DNA of 64,000 nt from Clostridia bacterium (GCA_017467345.1 JAFTSI010000047.1:2360-66359), one strand, 5' to 3'; counted from the first letter of the stretch, positions 11,030-20,420 are shown. Notes: generated by a model not told the origin, from the letters alone. Numbers and translations: made by a program.

Positions 11030-11858
11030 GAATAAAAAATTTATTAGTGATAAAACTCATATTTTAGATGAAAACTCACCCTTTATTTTGACTGAAACTA
11101 TGCGCCACTTGATGTCAAGCATAAGTTTTGCCGTCCCTAAAAAGGAAAATGGTGGGAAGGCTATTTGTATTAGTTCTGCTATTGCTGGTGAAGGTAAAAC
11201 TACCGTTGCAACTAACCTTGCAATTACTTTTGCTACTGCTGGGTATAAAACTGTCATAATTGACTGCGATATGAGAAAACCCCGTATTAAAACTATGTTT
11301 GGTCTTCCAAGGGGGAAGGGGCTTGTAGATTATTTAAGTGGACAAGTATCATTTGAAGATATTTTGAAAAAAGAAGTTAGACCTAATTTAGATGTAGTGC
11401 CTACTTATAAAACTGCGCCTAACCCCGCAGCGTTATTTAATAGTAGAGAGTTTGATGCTATGATGGATTCTTTAATTAAAGAATATGAGTATGTTATAGT
11501 TGATACGCCACCTGTTAATGTAGTGTCTGATGGAATACTTGTTGCAACAAGAACTGATGGTATAGTTTTAATTACAAGGCCATACTATTCTGACCATAAA
11601 AATATTCAAAACGCTCTTAACAGTATTGCATTTGCAGATATTGAATTCTTAGGTTTTGTCGCAAATAATATTGAAATTAAAAAGTCGGGTAAGAAAGGCT
11701 ATTATAATAAGTATTATAAATACGGCTATAGCGATAACGGTAGAAAAAAGCAAGAACTAAAAGAAAATACTGATGATGCTATCTCTAATGACCAAGTAGC
11801 AGAAAATAGCCAAGAAACTACTGAATTAAGTAAAGAAAATAAGCCTATAGTGGAGTAA
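11019..11858 (+). CDS. Capsular tyrosine autokinase (CpsD/BY-kinase)
   Basis: Walker A GEGKTT, Walker A' VIIDCDMRKP and Walker B VIVDTPP. Tyr-rich C-terminal cluster GYYNKYYKYGY. Confidence 0.85.
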   Translation: MATKNKKFISDKTHILDENSPFILTETMRHLMSSISFAVPKKENGGKAICISSAIAGEGKTTVATNLAITFATAGYKTVIIDCDMRKPRIKTMFGLPRGKGLVDYLSGQVSFEDILKKEVRPNLDVVPTYKTAPNPAALFNSREFDAMMDSLIKEYEYVIVDTPPVNVVSDGILVATRTDGIVLITRPYYSDHKNIQNALNSIAFADIEFLGFVANNIEIKKSGKKGYYNKYYKYGYSDNGRKKQELKENTDDAISNDQVAENSQETTELSKENKPIVE

Positions 11859-11859
11859 C

Positions 11860-12834
11860 ATGTATAACGAAAAAGTAAGCATAATTGTTCCAGTTTATAA
11901 CATAGAAAATTATTTGCCACGATGTTTGGATTCTTTGTTAAGGCAAACATATAATAATCTTGAAATCATTTTGGTGGATGACGGGGCTACGGATAGTAGT
12001 GGAAATATATGCGATAATTATGCAAAACAAGACAATAGGATTGTGGTTGTTCACAAACAAAATGGCGGTTTGTCAAGCGCAAGAAATGCAGGGCTTGATG
12101 TTGCTACAGGAGAATATATTGTTACTGTTGATGGGGATGATTTTGTCGCTGAAGATTATGTTGAACATTTATATACTATTTTAAAAGAGAACAATGCTCG
12201 TATAGGATGTTGTGACCATTATATATTAAGGAGTAAAGAACAACCTGTCGAAAAATTTGTTGAGGAAGCAAAATTAAAATTAATTCCAGCAAAAGAGTAT
12301 GAGTTTGGACATGTTACTGCTTGGGCGATTATGTTTCATAAATCTCTTTTAAATGATAATGGTAAGTTGGCAAGATTTGATGTTTTACATAGTAGAACTG
12401 AGGATATGCCATTTTTAGCAATTCTTATATCAAGGCTCCATGAAGATGAGTTTTTTGTAGAATCTAATAAAAGGCTTTATTATTATATTTTTTTTCGCAC
12501 AGACTCTTTGGTGCATGCTCAGAATGAAAAAAAACTATTAGTAACATATGAGCATATGTATGAAACACTAAAAGAGAATTGTAACGGAAGAAAAAAGTTA
12601 TTTCGTTCAAGTGTTGCCTGGCTTGCCGTTAATTATTGTGCAATGCTTAATGCTTTTATTGACAATAAACATTGTTATGGAAAAGATTATAGAAAAGCCA
12701 AAAGAATAGTAAGAAAACACTTATTATCAATTTTATTTTCAAAAGCGCCAGCTTTCTATAAAAAGAGATTGCTTTTAATGGCAATAAGCCCAAAACTTTA
12801 TGGAAAGTTAAAAGCAAGAAAAAAAGATAAGTAA
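11860..12834 (+). CDS. Family 2 glycosyltransferase
   Basis: VSIIVPVYNIENYL, VDDGATDSS, GGLSSARNAG and VDGDD motifs. Tandem paralog of the next ORF. Confidence 0.85.
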   Translation: MYNEKVSIIVPVYNIENYLPRCLDSLLRQTYNNLEIILVDDGATDSSGNICDNYAKQDNRIVVVHKQNGGLSSARNAGLDVATGEYIVTVDGDDFVAEDYVEHLYTILKENNARIGCCDHYILRSKEQPVEKFVEEAKLKLIPAKEYEFGHVTAWAIMFHKSLLNDNGKLARFDVLHSRTEDMPFLAILISRLHEDEFFVESNKRLYYYIFFRTDSLVHAQNEKKLLVTYEHMYETLKENCNGRKKLFRSSVAWLAVNYCAMLNAFIDNKHCYGKDYRKAKRIVRKHLLSILFSKAPAFYKKRLLLMAISPKLYGKLKARKKDK

Positions 12835-12840
12835 AATTAT

Positions 12841-13809
12841 ATGTTTGAAGAAAAGGTAAGTGTTATTGTTCCCATTTATAATGTGGAACAATACTTGGAA
12901 AAATGTGTTGAATCGTTAATTAATCAACACCATAAAAACCTTGAAATTATTTTGGTTGATGATGGCTCTCCCGATAACTGCGGTAAGATGTGTGATGAGT
13001 TTGCTAAAAAAGATGATAGGATTAAGGTTATTCACAAAGAAAACGGTGGTTTGTCAAGTGCAAGAAACGCAGCGCTTGATGTTTTAACAGGTGAGTATAT
13101 CGTTTCGGTTGACCCTGATGACTTTGTTTTTCCTTCATACATTAGCATGATGTATAATGCTCTAAAAGAACATGATGCAAAGATATGCTATTGCGACCAT
13201 TATGAAAGGTATGGCGACGAAGAGTTTAGCGAAGACCTTGAAAATAGAGAAATAGAAACTATAAACCCATATAAGTATGATTTTTGGAAAGGTCATACGC
13301 AGTATTGGTGCTATATGTATCATAAATCGCTTATGATTGATAAAGCCGGCGAAATGATATATTTTAAGCATAACCATATCCGTATGGAAGATGTGCCATA
13401 CTGGGTAAGGGCTATGTCAACTTTAACTGAAGAAGACAAAATACTTCATATTCCCAACAAACTATATGTGTATAAGTGCGAAAGCAAGCCACTTATGAAT
13501 ACCGAAAAGATACTTGCAACCTACGAAGATAACTGGGATGTAGTAAAGAAAGGCTCATTTGACAAGAAGAACTTGTTTAATTCGCTTGTGCCTGTGTATG
13601 CGGTAAATTATTGTTCATTTTTAGCAACATTTATAATTCAAGGCAAGCGCAAAACAAAAGAGTTTAAGCGCGCGAAACAAATTGTTAGAAAACATTATTT
13701 GAGATTAATGTTTTCAAAAGCGTCGCTAAAAATCAAATTAAAGTTAACGGGACTATTGTTATTCCCAAGGCTTTACGAAAAATGGTATAATAAGAAAGGT
13801 AAAGTATGA
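12841..13809 (+). CDS. Family 2 glycosyltransferase (tandem paralog)
   Basis: VSVIVPIYNVEQYL, VDDGSPDNC, GGLSSARNAA and VDPDD motifs. About half the residues match the upstream GT2. Confidence 0.85.
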   Translation: MFEEKVSVIVPIYNVEQYLEKCVESLINQHHKNLEIILVDDGSPDNCGKMCDEFAKKDDRIKVIHKENGGLSSARNAALDVLTGEYIVSVDPDDFVFPSYISMMYNALKEHDAKICYCDHYERYGDEEFSEDLENREIETINPYKYDFWKGHTQYWCYMYHKSLMIDKAGEMIYFKHNHIRMEDVPYWVRAMSTLTEEDKILHIPNKLYVYKCESKPLMNTEKILATYEDNWDVVKKGSFDKKNLFNSLVPVYAVNYCSFLATFIIQGKRKTKEFKRAKQIVRKHYLRLMFSKASLKIKLKLTGLLLFPRLYEKWYNKKGKV

Positions 13810-14513
13810 TAGACTTTCACACCCACCTTTTGCCTAATGTTGATGACGGTTCAAAAAGCATAGAAGAAACAAAACTATTGCTTGATGAACTTTCCCGTCA
13901 AGGCGTAGGCACGGCGGTTTTAACACCCCATTTTTATCCACTTGCCGATACCGTTAAGAAGTTTTTAGAAAGAAGAAATAAGGCAATTACTGAACTATTA
14001 ACGGTTTACGACAAAAAGTTGCACCCTTTGCTTTTTGTTGGCGCAGAGGTCGCATATTTTCACGGTATAAGCAAGGCTGACGAATTGCGTCAGTTATGCG
14101 TAGAAGGGACTGACATATTTTTGTTAGAACTGCCCTTTTGTAAGTGGGATGATGGTGTGGTGCAAGAAGTGTTAGATATTGCCGATAACTTGCAAGTAAA
14201 AGTAGTGCTTGCGCATATCAACAGATATTTACCACATAAAAATGCCAAGTATTTAGACATACTGCAAAAAAACGGCATAATACTTCAAGCCAACGCAGAG
14301 TGGTTTTTAGAAAAGAAAACCTTAAAGAAAGGCATAAAATACATAAAGCAAGAAAAGATAGGTTGTTTAGGGTCTGATGCCCATAACACATTAACCCGCC
14401 CACCAAGGATAAGGGAAGCGGTGGATAATATCGCTATAAAAATAGGCGATAAACCCTTAAATCGCATTTTTGAGTTTAGTAAAAACTTGCTTAAAAAGGC
14501 GAAAAGTTTGTAA
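13806..14513 (+). CDS. PHP-family protein-tyrosine phosphatase (CpsB/YwqE-like)
   Basis: The N-terminal MIDFHTHLLPNVDDGS motif is typical of CpsB. The later GSDAHN motif fits as well. Confidence 0.85.
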   Translation: MIDFHTHLLPNVDDGSKSIEETKLLLDELSRQGVGTAVLTPHFYPLADTVKKFLERRNKAITELLTVYDKKLHPLLFVGAEVAYFHGISKADELRQLCVEGTDIFLLELPFCKWDDGVVQEVLDIADNLQVKVVLAHINRYLPHKNAKYLDILQKNGIILQANAEWFLEKKTLKKGIKYIKQEKIGCLGSDAHNTLTRPPRIREAVDNIAIKIGDKPLNRIFEFSKNLLKKAKSL

Positions 14514-14518
14514 AAGTT

Positions 14519-14555
14519 AACCGATGGTAAAAAACTTATTTGCCATCGGTTATTT
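14519..14555 (+). terminator. Intrinsic terminator after the capsule locus
   Basis: 9-bp stem aaccgatgg/ccatcggtt followed by a T-rich tail. Confidence 0.6.
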
Positions 14556-14597
14556 AACCGATTAGGCTATAAATAATAAAAGAAGGCACTTAAAACT

Positions 14598-16004
14598 ATG
14601 GAAGAATTAAAACCGATAAAAAGAGAAAGATTAGGAAGTAGGCTTGGTTTTATACTACTTAGCGCAGGTTGTGCGATAGGTGTAGGTAATATTTGGAAGT
14701 TCCCATATATGGTAGGTTCATATGGTGGTGGACTATTCGTTTTACTTTACCTTGTAATACTATTATTGCTTGGCATACCTATCTTAACAATGGAGTTTGC
14801 AGTAGGTAGGGCAGGTCAACTATCCCCCTTAAAATCATTTAGGGCATTAGAGCCTAAAAACACCAAATGGCATATTCACGGCTACGCGTCGCTAATAGGT
14901 AGCACCCTTTTAATGATGTTTTACACGGTAGTGTCAGGTTGGATGCTAATATATTTATACAAGATGATTAAGGGAGACTTCCAAAGCGGTATGACGGCAG
15001 AAGTGGTGTCTGGTCAATTTGGCGAAATGCTATCAAACCCCTTGCAACAAATTCTTTTTACAGGCATAATAATATTACTTGGCTTTTTAGTTTGTGGCTT
15101 TGGCGTTCAAAACAGTTTAGAGAAAATAACCAAGTTCATAATGCTCGCAATGCTTGCTATGATGGTAGTTCTTGTTATAAACGGCTTTTTCTTAGACGGC
15201 GCAGGCGAAGGCTTAAAGTTCTATTTAGTTCCTAACTTTGAAGTGTTAGAGAGCCAAAACTTTATGGTAATACTTGGCGCAGCAATGACGCAAGCCTTTT
15301 TCACATTAAGCATAGGCATAGGCTCAATGGCAATCTTTGGCAGTTATATTGGCAAAGACCGTTCGCTTATGGGCGAAGCGGTAACGGTAACTTCGCTTGA
15401 CACCTTTGTAGCATTAATGGCAGGATTAATAATATTCCCTGCTTGTATGACATATGGCGTAGAAGTAAATAAAGGCCCAAGCCTAATTTTTGAAGCCTTG
15501 CCAAATGTATTTATAAATATGCCCGCGGGTAGGATTTGGGGAAGTATCTTCTTTATGTTTATGTGTTTTGCCGCATTATCAACCGTGTTTGCCGTGTTTG
15601 AAAACATAGTTGCTTGCTTGCAAGATTTAACAGGCAAAAAGCGCTGGAAAATATGCTTGGTATCTGGCTTTGCAATGATGGCACTATCACTTCCTTGTAT
15701 ATTTGGTTTCAACCTATTAAAAGAAGTAAACCTATTTGGCAAGTTAGATATTTTAAGTATGGAAGACTTTTTGGTATCTAATGTATTACTTCCCATAGGT
15801 TCATTAATATTCGTGCTATTTTGCACCACCAAAAAGGGTTGGGGCTACGATAACTTTGTTAATGAAGCAAACCAAGGCAAAGGCTTTAAGATTAAGAAAT
15901 GGATGCGTGTATACTTTAAGTATATATTGCCCGTGCTAATGGTAATATTTATAATAGTAAGCGTGTTTATGTTCTTATACGATAACGGATTTATAACACT
16001 ATAA
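14598..16004 (+). CDS. Sodium-dependent transporter, SNF (neurotransmitter:sodium symporter) family
   Basis: GVGNIWKFPYMVGSYGGGLFVLLYL signature and about 11-12 TM helices. Confidence 0.85.
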   Translation: MEELKPIKRERLGSRLGFILLSAGCAIGVGNIWKFPYMVGSYGGGLFVLLYLVILLLLGIPILTMEFAVGRAGQLSPLKSFRALEPKNTKWHIHGYASLIGSTLLMMFYTVVSGWMLIYLYKMIKGDFQSGMTAEVVSGQFGEMLSNPLQQILFTGIIILLGFLVCGFGVQNSLEKITKFIMLAMLAMMVVLVINGFFLDGAGEGLKFYLVPNFEVLESQNFMVILGAAMTQAFFTLSIGIGSMAIFGSYIGKDRSLMGEAVTVTSLDTFVALMAGLIIFPACMTYGVEVNKGPSLIFEALPNVFINMPAGRIWGSIFFMFMCFAALSTVFAVFENIVACLQDLTGKKRWKICLVSGFAMMALSLPCIFGFNLLKEVNLFGKLDILSMEDFLVSNVLLPIGSLIFVLFCTTKKGWGYDNFVNEANQGKGFKIKKWMRVYFKYILPVLMVIFIIVSVFMFLYDNGFITL

Positions 16005-16016
16005 AAAAACTAAAAT

Positions 16017-16056
16017 CCCCAACAAGCGTTTGATAGCGCTTGTCGGGGATATTTTT
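16017..16056 (+). terminator. Intrinsic terminator
   Basis: Stem ccccaacaagcg/cgcttgtcgggg (one mismatch) followed by atattttt. Confidence 0.7.
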
Positions 16057-16076
16057 GTAAATATCAATATTTACAA
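16055..16076. promoter_or_regulatory. Palindromic operator-like site overlapping the -35 of the paralog-pair promoter
   Basis: TTGTAAATAT-ca-ATATTTACAA: perfect 10-bp inverted arms separated by 2 nt. Confidence 0.55.
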
Positions 16077-16098
16077 ATTAATTTAGCCGTGATATAAT
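16070..16098 (+). promoter_or_regulatory. Extended -10 promoter for 16125..19638
   Basis: TTTACA, 17-nt spacer, TGaTATAAT (TATAAT at 16093..16098). Confidence 0.55.
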
Positions 16099-16124
16099 TA
16101 AAAGGCTAAATATAAGGGGGCAAT

Positions 16125-17870
16125 ATGGAACTAAAAAATTATCATATAGACGATATAAACGCCGTTTTAGGCTGTATGCGAAAAGACAAAAAGGCAAATG
16201 TTCACTTTATGCCAATTTATAAGCAATACTATGTTAGAAGTGAAGAGTGGAGTGGTTGGCAACTATTTGAAACTTGGAGCAAGGGCCGTTTGCCTTTAAA
16301 TAATAGCAAAGGCATTTGGTATACTAATATTTTGGTAAGTTATACCGATATAGATGGCAAGTTTAGGCAATTCAACTTTACCAACTTAAGACCCGACTAT
16401 CAAATATTTAAAAACGAAGCATACGACTATATATTTCCAAGGTTTAGTTTGCGTGCAGGTAAATATAAGTTTACTGTAACAAGCCAAATATACGAAGACT
16501 TAATGGAATATTTAAAAAAGCCAGTAAAGGAAGAGTTTACCGATACCCTTGAAGTAATAGTTCCAGAAGAAGGCCCCGTGCTTTTATATTTATGCGCAGG
16601 TGTTAGCGTAGAATACGATAAGTTTCAAGAGTTTGACACAATCTTTTGGAAGTGGGAAACAAAGCGCAAGGTGGTTAGCAAAAACTTTGAACATTGGTTT
16701 TTACAACTAACCCCCGAAGAAGCCGAAAAACTATATAAGTTTTGGCGAGTTAACACCGACAAGGTGGAAGTAATTCCAAAAGGCGAGCCGTGGGGCTTTG
16801 AAAAGGTGGCCACTAAACCCGCCGCCAAAACAACCACTAAAAAGAGTGGCAGTTCGGCAAAACCTGTAAAAAGCGATTATGACGAAAAGGTTAACGCCGT
16901 TAAAGGCAATTCTACTACAAGTAAACTTTTAATAAGCGATACCTATGGCGATAAAGGTGTGTTTCGTGGCGCGCAAGTTTTTGCAGAGCCTAATGGTAAT
17001 TACGAATACATAACCTTACGCGAATCGCAAACCCTTGGCATAGATAAAAAGATGAAAGCCGAAATATATACCGATGGCGATATATTCTTTTACCAAGAGA
17101 ATAAGTATGGCATAGTGGGTGGCGCGATAAGAACAAACAATAACGGTGGAATATATTATACCTATACTGATAGCAACGGCTTAAAACAGCGCTACACTAT
17201 AAGCATTAACCCAAACAACATAAATGTATACGAAATTAAAGATGGCTATTTAACAGGTAAAGCCTATTCTGTAACTGCAAATGATGTGTGTGAATCGCGC
17301 ACAAACGGTGCAAAAATTATGAGTGAAGATAGGCTAATATCAACCCCATTATACGCAAAGTTCCCATCTTGCAAAATTGATATACCAAGCGCATTAACGG
17401 GTAAAAGCCTTTACCTAACCCAAGACCCTAATAATTATAGTTACGCGCAGTTTTCTAATGGCGCAGTAAACGGTTATGGATTATATAGCACTAATATTTC
17501 ATATGCAGGCTCATTAAATAAAAACGGCCCACACGGAGTGGGCATTTGCCGAAACAGTAAAGGGGTTGCGTGTATGGGTGGCTTTAATAATAAGAAAATG
17601 CAAGGCTTAACATTTATGATTAATAATGATGTTGAGTATATTTGCAGTTATAATAACGGTAATGCCGAAGGAATGTTTTTAGAACTAAGAGATGATAGGG
17701 TAATATTTACTAAATACGATTACCCTGGAAAAGTTGCCGATAGAAGTATAGTGATATATAGTGGTAAAAAGGGATTTGGTTTTTATAATTCCATAGATAG
17801 ATACGGCGCATTAAACAATGTTCCAATGGTATATCACAAGGGCGGCGGAGTTACTACAAAACATAAATAA
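16125..17870 (+). CDS. Hypothetical 581-aa protein: conserved N-terminal domain, K/P/T-rich linker, C-terminal MORN-like G-rich repeats
   Basis: Long ORF with a GGGGG RBS and no signal peptide. The C-terminal NGYGLY...GPHGVGI...MQGLTF...AEGMFLE periodicity resembles MORN repeats. Paralog of the next ORF. Confidence 0.8.
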   Translation: MELKNYHIDDINAVLGCMRKDKKANVHFMPIYKQYYVRSEEWSGWQLFETWSKGRLPLNNSKGIWYTNILVSYTDIDGKFRQFNFTNLRPDYQIFKNEAYDYIFPRFSLRAGKYKFTVTSQIYEDLMEYLKKPVKEEFTDTLEVIVPEEGPVLLYLCAGVSVEYDKFQEFDTIFWKWETKRKVVSKNFEHWFLQLTPEEAEKLYKFWRVNTDKVEVIPKGEPWGFEKVATKPAAKTTTKKSGSSAKPVKSDYDEKVNAVKGNSTTSKLLISDTYGDKGVFRGAQVFAEPNGNYEYITLRESQTLGIDKKMKAEIYTDGDIFFYQENKYGIVGGAIRTNNNGGIYYTYTDSNGLKQRYTISINPNNINVYEIKDGYLTGKAYSVTANDVCESRTNGAKIMSEDRLISTPLYAKFPSCKIDIPSALTGKSLYLTQDPNNYSYAQFSNGAVNGYGLYSTNISYAGSLNKNGPHGVGICRNSKGVACMGGFNNKKMQGLTFMINNDVEYICSYNNGNAEGMFLELRDDRVIFTKYDYPGKVADRSIVIYSGKKGFGFYNSIDRYGALNNVPMVYHKGGGVTTKHK

Positions 17871-17892
17871 AGGATAAAGGGGAAGGAATAAT

Positions 17893-19638
17893 ATGTCAGT
17901 TGAAAGATATGTAGATAATGTAGAAGCCGTTTTAGGCTGTATGCGAAAAGATAAAAAGCCAAATGTATATTTTACGCCACTTAAAAAGATGTTTTATGTT
18001 CGTAGTCAAGAGTGGAGCGATATGGTGCTTTTTAACACATCATTGAAGGGAGTGTTGCCTAAAGTATACGGCACAGGCGCGTGGTATACTTCTATAAATG
18101 TATCGTATTACGATAAAAACGGCAAGTTTCAATTTTTTACCTTTTCAACCCTTAAAGGTAGAGATGAATATGATTTTTTGTTTCCAAAGTTTAGTTTGCG
18201 CGCAGGCGTATATAACTTCACCGTAAACTTCGTAGTTTATGAAGACTTAAATAGTAAAACTAACCCCGTTGATGAAACTGTTAGCGAAACGATAGAATTA
18301 ATAGTCCCTGAAGAAGGTGATGTGCCAGTAATATTAGTTTCTTCAATAGGCGCAAAATATAGCGAATATGAAAAGTGGGATGACATTTTAGATAAATGGG
18401 AAACAAAGCGCAGTTTAGTTGGCAATAGGTTCTATTATGCTTTGGTTCAGGCTGACCCTATAAAAGCAACTCAATTTTACAAATACTGGAACCACGATTG
18501 GTGCAGAATTGATGTAATACCTGATGGCGAACCTTGGGGATTTGATGAACCCACTACTTCGTGGTATAGTGAGCCTACGCCCACTTATAGCGCACCCAAG
18601 AAAAGCGCATCAAAACCAAAGCCTGCGCCTAAAAACGATTCAAAAGAAAAGCAAAACGCCATTACCTATTTTGATAGTGATGTAGATTTAGTTATTAGCG
18701 ACGATTACGGCAAAAAAGGGCTATTTGGTGGCGCGCGTATAAACGCAATTAAAGATAGCGACGGAGAGATTGTTAGGTTAGAAGAAACCCGAAATCCATC
18801 TACCGAAAGAAGTATGATAGCCGAAATTAAAGATGGAGGCAATTCCACAATCTTTTTTGAAAATAGTTCTGATAGAATTGGTGGCAAACTTGATACTAAT
18901 AACCGTGGTGGAATATTCTATAAATATACAGATAGTTATGGCTACTATCAGCGCTTTGCAATAAGCATTAACTCAACCCATATTTCCGTTTACCAAGTGG
19001 TTGATGGCTACCTAACAGGAAATGGATATAAAATAGATGATGATGTTAATGAACTTGCTTGCGATAAGTTTAAAGTGTTATCTTCAAGAAGATTAATTAG
19101 TTCGCCTGTGTCTGGTAGTTATTTTACACTTGACTTTTGGAATATACCAAAAGCAGTAACAGGTAAAACCATTAAAACCGATTTTAACGATAGTTATAAT
19201 GTTCACCGCGTTGCTCAATACTCAGGCAGTTCGCTAAACGGCTATGGCTTATATAACTGCTATAATAATGTGTATATAGGCTCTCAAGATAGTGAGGGTT
19301 TTAACGGTGTTGGCATTTATAAAGAAGCGAACGGTAAAGTGTATGGCGGTGGCTTTAGAAATGGCAAGCGCCACGGCTTAATATTTACCACCGAAAATGA
19401 TGTGGATTATATCTATAACTATAAAAATGGCGAACCTCAAGGCACTTTCATAGAAATATATAGCGATAGGGTTATAATAGGCAAAATTGATTATTATGGC
19501 AACATTGCCGATAAAAGCGTTGTAATATATAACGGCAGTAGGGGATTTGGTTTTTATAACTCAATTGATAGAAACGGTGCGCTAAATAATGCTCCAAGGG
19601 TTTACCATAACGGCGGCGGAATAGAAAGAAAGTTGTAA
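17893..19638 (+). CDS. Hypothetical 581-aa protein, tandem paralog of 16125..17870
   Basis: Same length and architecture. Shared blocks include VLGCMRKDKK, FSLRAG, KWETKR, GEPWGF and GFGFYNSIDR.GALNN. Confidence 0.8.
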   Translation: MSVERYVDNVEAVLGCMRKDKKPNVYFTPLKKMFYVRSQEWSDMVLFNTSLKGVLPKVYGTGAWYTSINVSYYDKNGKFQFFTFSTLKGRDEYDFLFPKFSLRAGVYNFTVNFVVYEDLNSKTNPVDETVSETIELIVPEEGDVPVILVSSIGAKYSEYEKWDDILDKWETKRSLVGNRFYYALVQADPIKATQFYKYWNHDWCRIDVIPDGEPWGFDEPTTSWYSEPTPTYSAPKKSASKPKPAPKNDSKEKQNAITYFDSDVDLVISDDYGKKGLFGGARINAIKDSDGEIVRLEETRNPSTERSMIAEIKDGGNSTIFFENSSDRIGGKLDTNNRGGIFYKYTDSYGYYQRFAISINSTHISVYQVVDGYLTGNGYKIDDDVNELACDKFKVLSSRRLISSPVSGSYFTLDFWNIPKAVTGKTIKTDFNDSYNVHRVAQYSGSSLNGYGLYNCYNNVYIGSQDSEGFNGVGIYKEANGKVYGGGFRNGKRHGLIFTTENDVDYIYNYKNGEPQGTFIEIYSDRVIIGKIDYYGNIADKSVVIYNGSRGFGFYNSIDRNGALNNAPRVYHNGGGIERKL

Positions 19639-19651
19639 AATAATTTCAAAT

Positions 19652-19685
19652 AAAAAAATTGACAAGGCTTACTTGTCAATTTTTA
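19652..19685. terminator. Bidirectional intrinsic terminator between convergent genes
   Basis: Stem attgacaag/cttgtcaat, flanked by an A-run and a T-run. Confidence 0.7.
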
Positions 19686-19687
19686 TT

Positions 19688-20116
19688 TTAGTCTTTTTTT
19701 CTAAGATAGTATTCGGTTTTAACTTCGTCGTAATTATTTGGGCTATCGTAAGTGCTTTTACTAACCGTGCTACCCTTGGTAGTTCCATCTATATAAAGTT
19801 CGCAACCATAACTGGTGGTTTCCTTGTTAAGTCCTGCGTTCCAACTTGTGGTAGAAATGTAATGAATATTAACGCCAAAAAATTCGCCGTCTTTAATAAT
19901 GATTGAAAAGTCAATATTATTTTTATTATCTTCGCTCAAATCGTAATAAGTGTAATCGGTATCTTCGCCACTTCTGTCTTCGTCAAGTTTTTCCCAAGTG
20001 ATAGTTTTGCACTTAACTATTTGATAGTTTTTAGCACTCTCTAAAACCCTTTCTTTTGTTTCACTATCAATATCAACTACTTTAAGCGCATTTTTAGTTT
20101 TTTCAAAAAACACCAT
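19688..20116 (-). CDS. Hypothetical acidic 142-aa protein
   Basis: ORF with an AAGGTGG RBS about 10 nt upstream on the minus strand. No recognisable motifs. Preferred over the overlapping + strand ORF 19673..19906. Confidence 0.55.
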   Translation of the reverse strand: MVFFEKTKNALKVVDIDSETKERVLESAKNYQIVKCKTITWEKLDEDRSGEDTDYTYYDLSEDNKNNIDFSIIIKDGEFFGVNIHYISTTSWNAGLNKETTSYGCELYIDGTTKGSTVSKSTYDSPNNYDEVKTEYYLRKKD

Positions 20117-20173
20117 AAAAATAAATCCACCTTTTATATAATAAAAAAATTATAACACGGTTTTATGAATAAT

Positions 20174-20418
20174 GCAAGTGGCTTGTTATATACGCCTAAC
20201 GGCAATGATATACACACTTCGTGTGATGATATACCATTGCTTTCGCTGGTGGATAAAATGACACGAAATAAATCACTGCAAAGCCGTGCATATCATTAAA
20301 ACGCAGTTTTGCATATCACCAAGGCATAAGCCTTGTATATCATCATTGCGAAAGAATGCAACTGTTTGTTGATGATATACACACTTCGTGTGATGATATA
20401 CCATTGCTTTCGCAATGG
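20174..20418. repeat. Motif/hairpin array A (core TGATAT / ATATCA alternating with short stem-loops); contains a 42-bp perfect direct repeat
   Basis: Units are listed in the findings. 20205..20246 is identical to 20372..20413. Confidence 0.7.
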
Positions 20419-20420
20419 AT

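Noticed and set aside
15344-15832. Antisense or nested ORFs in the six-frame track (for example 15344..15832, 1874..2101, 2406..2663, 2720..3085, 6387..6746, 24428..24751, 43259..43657, 44695..45150, 61859..62194)
   Set aside because: Each lies entirely inside a longer ORF on the opposite strand or another frame that has clear family motifs. They lack RBSs and have low-complexity or odd composition, so they are treated as spurious.
19673-19906. Plus-strand ORF 19673..19906
   Set aside because: It begins inside the bidirectional terminator and is hydrophobic and low in complexity. It overlaps the minus-strand ORF 19688..20116, which has an RBS. The minus-strand ORF is preferred, although neither has a known function.
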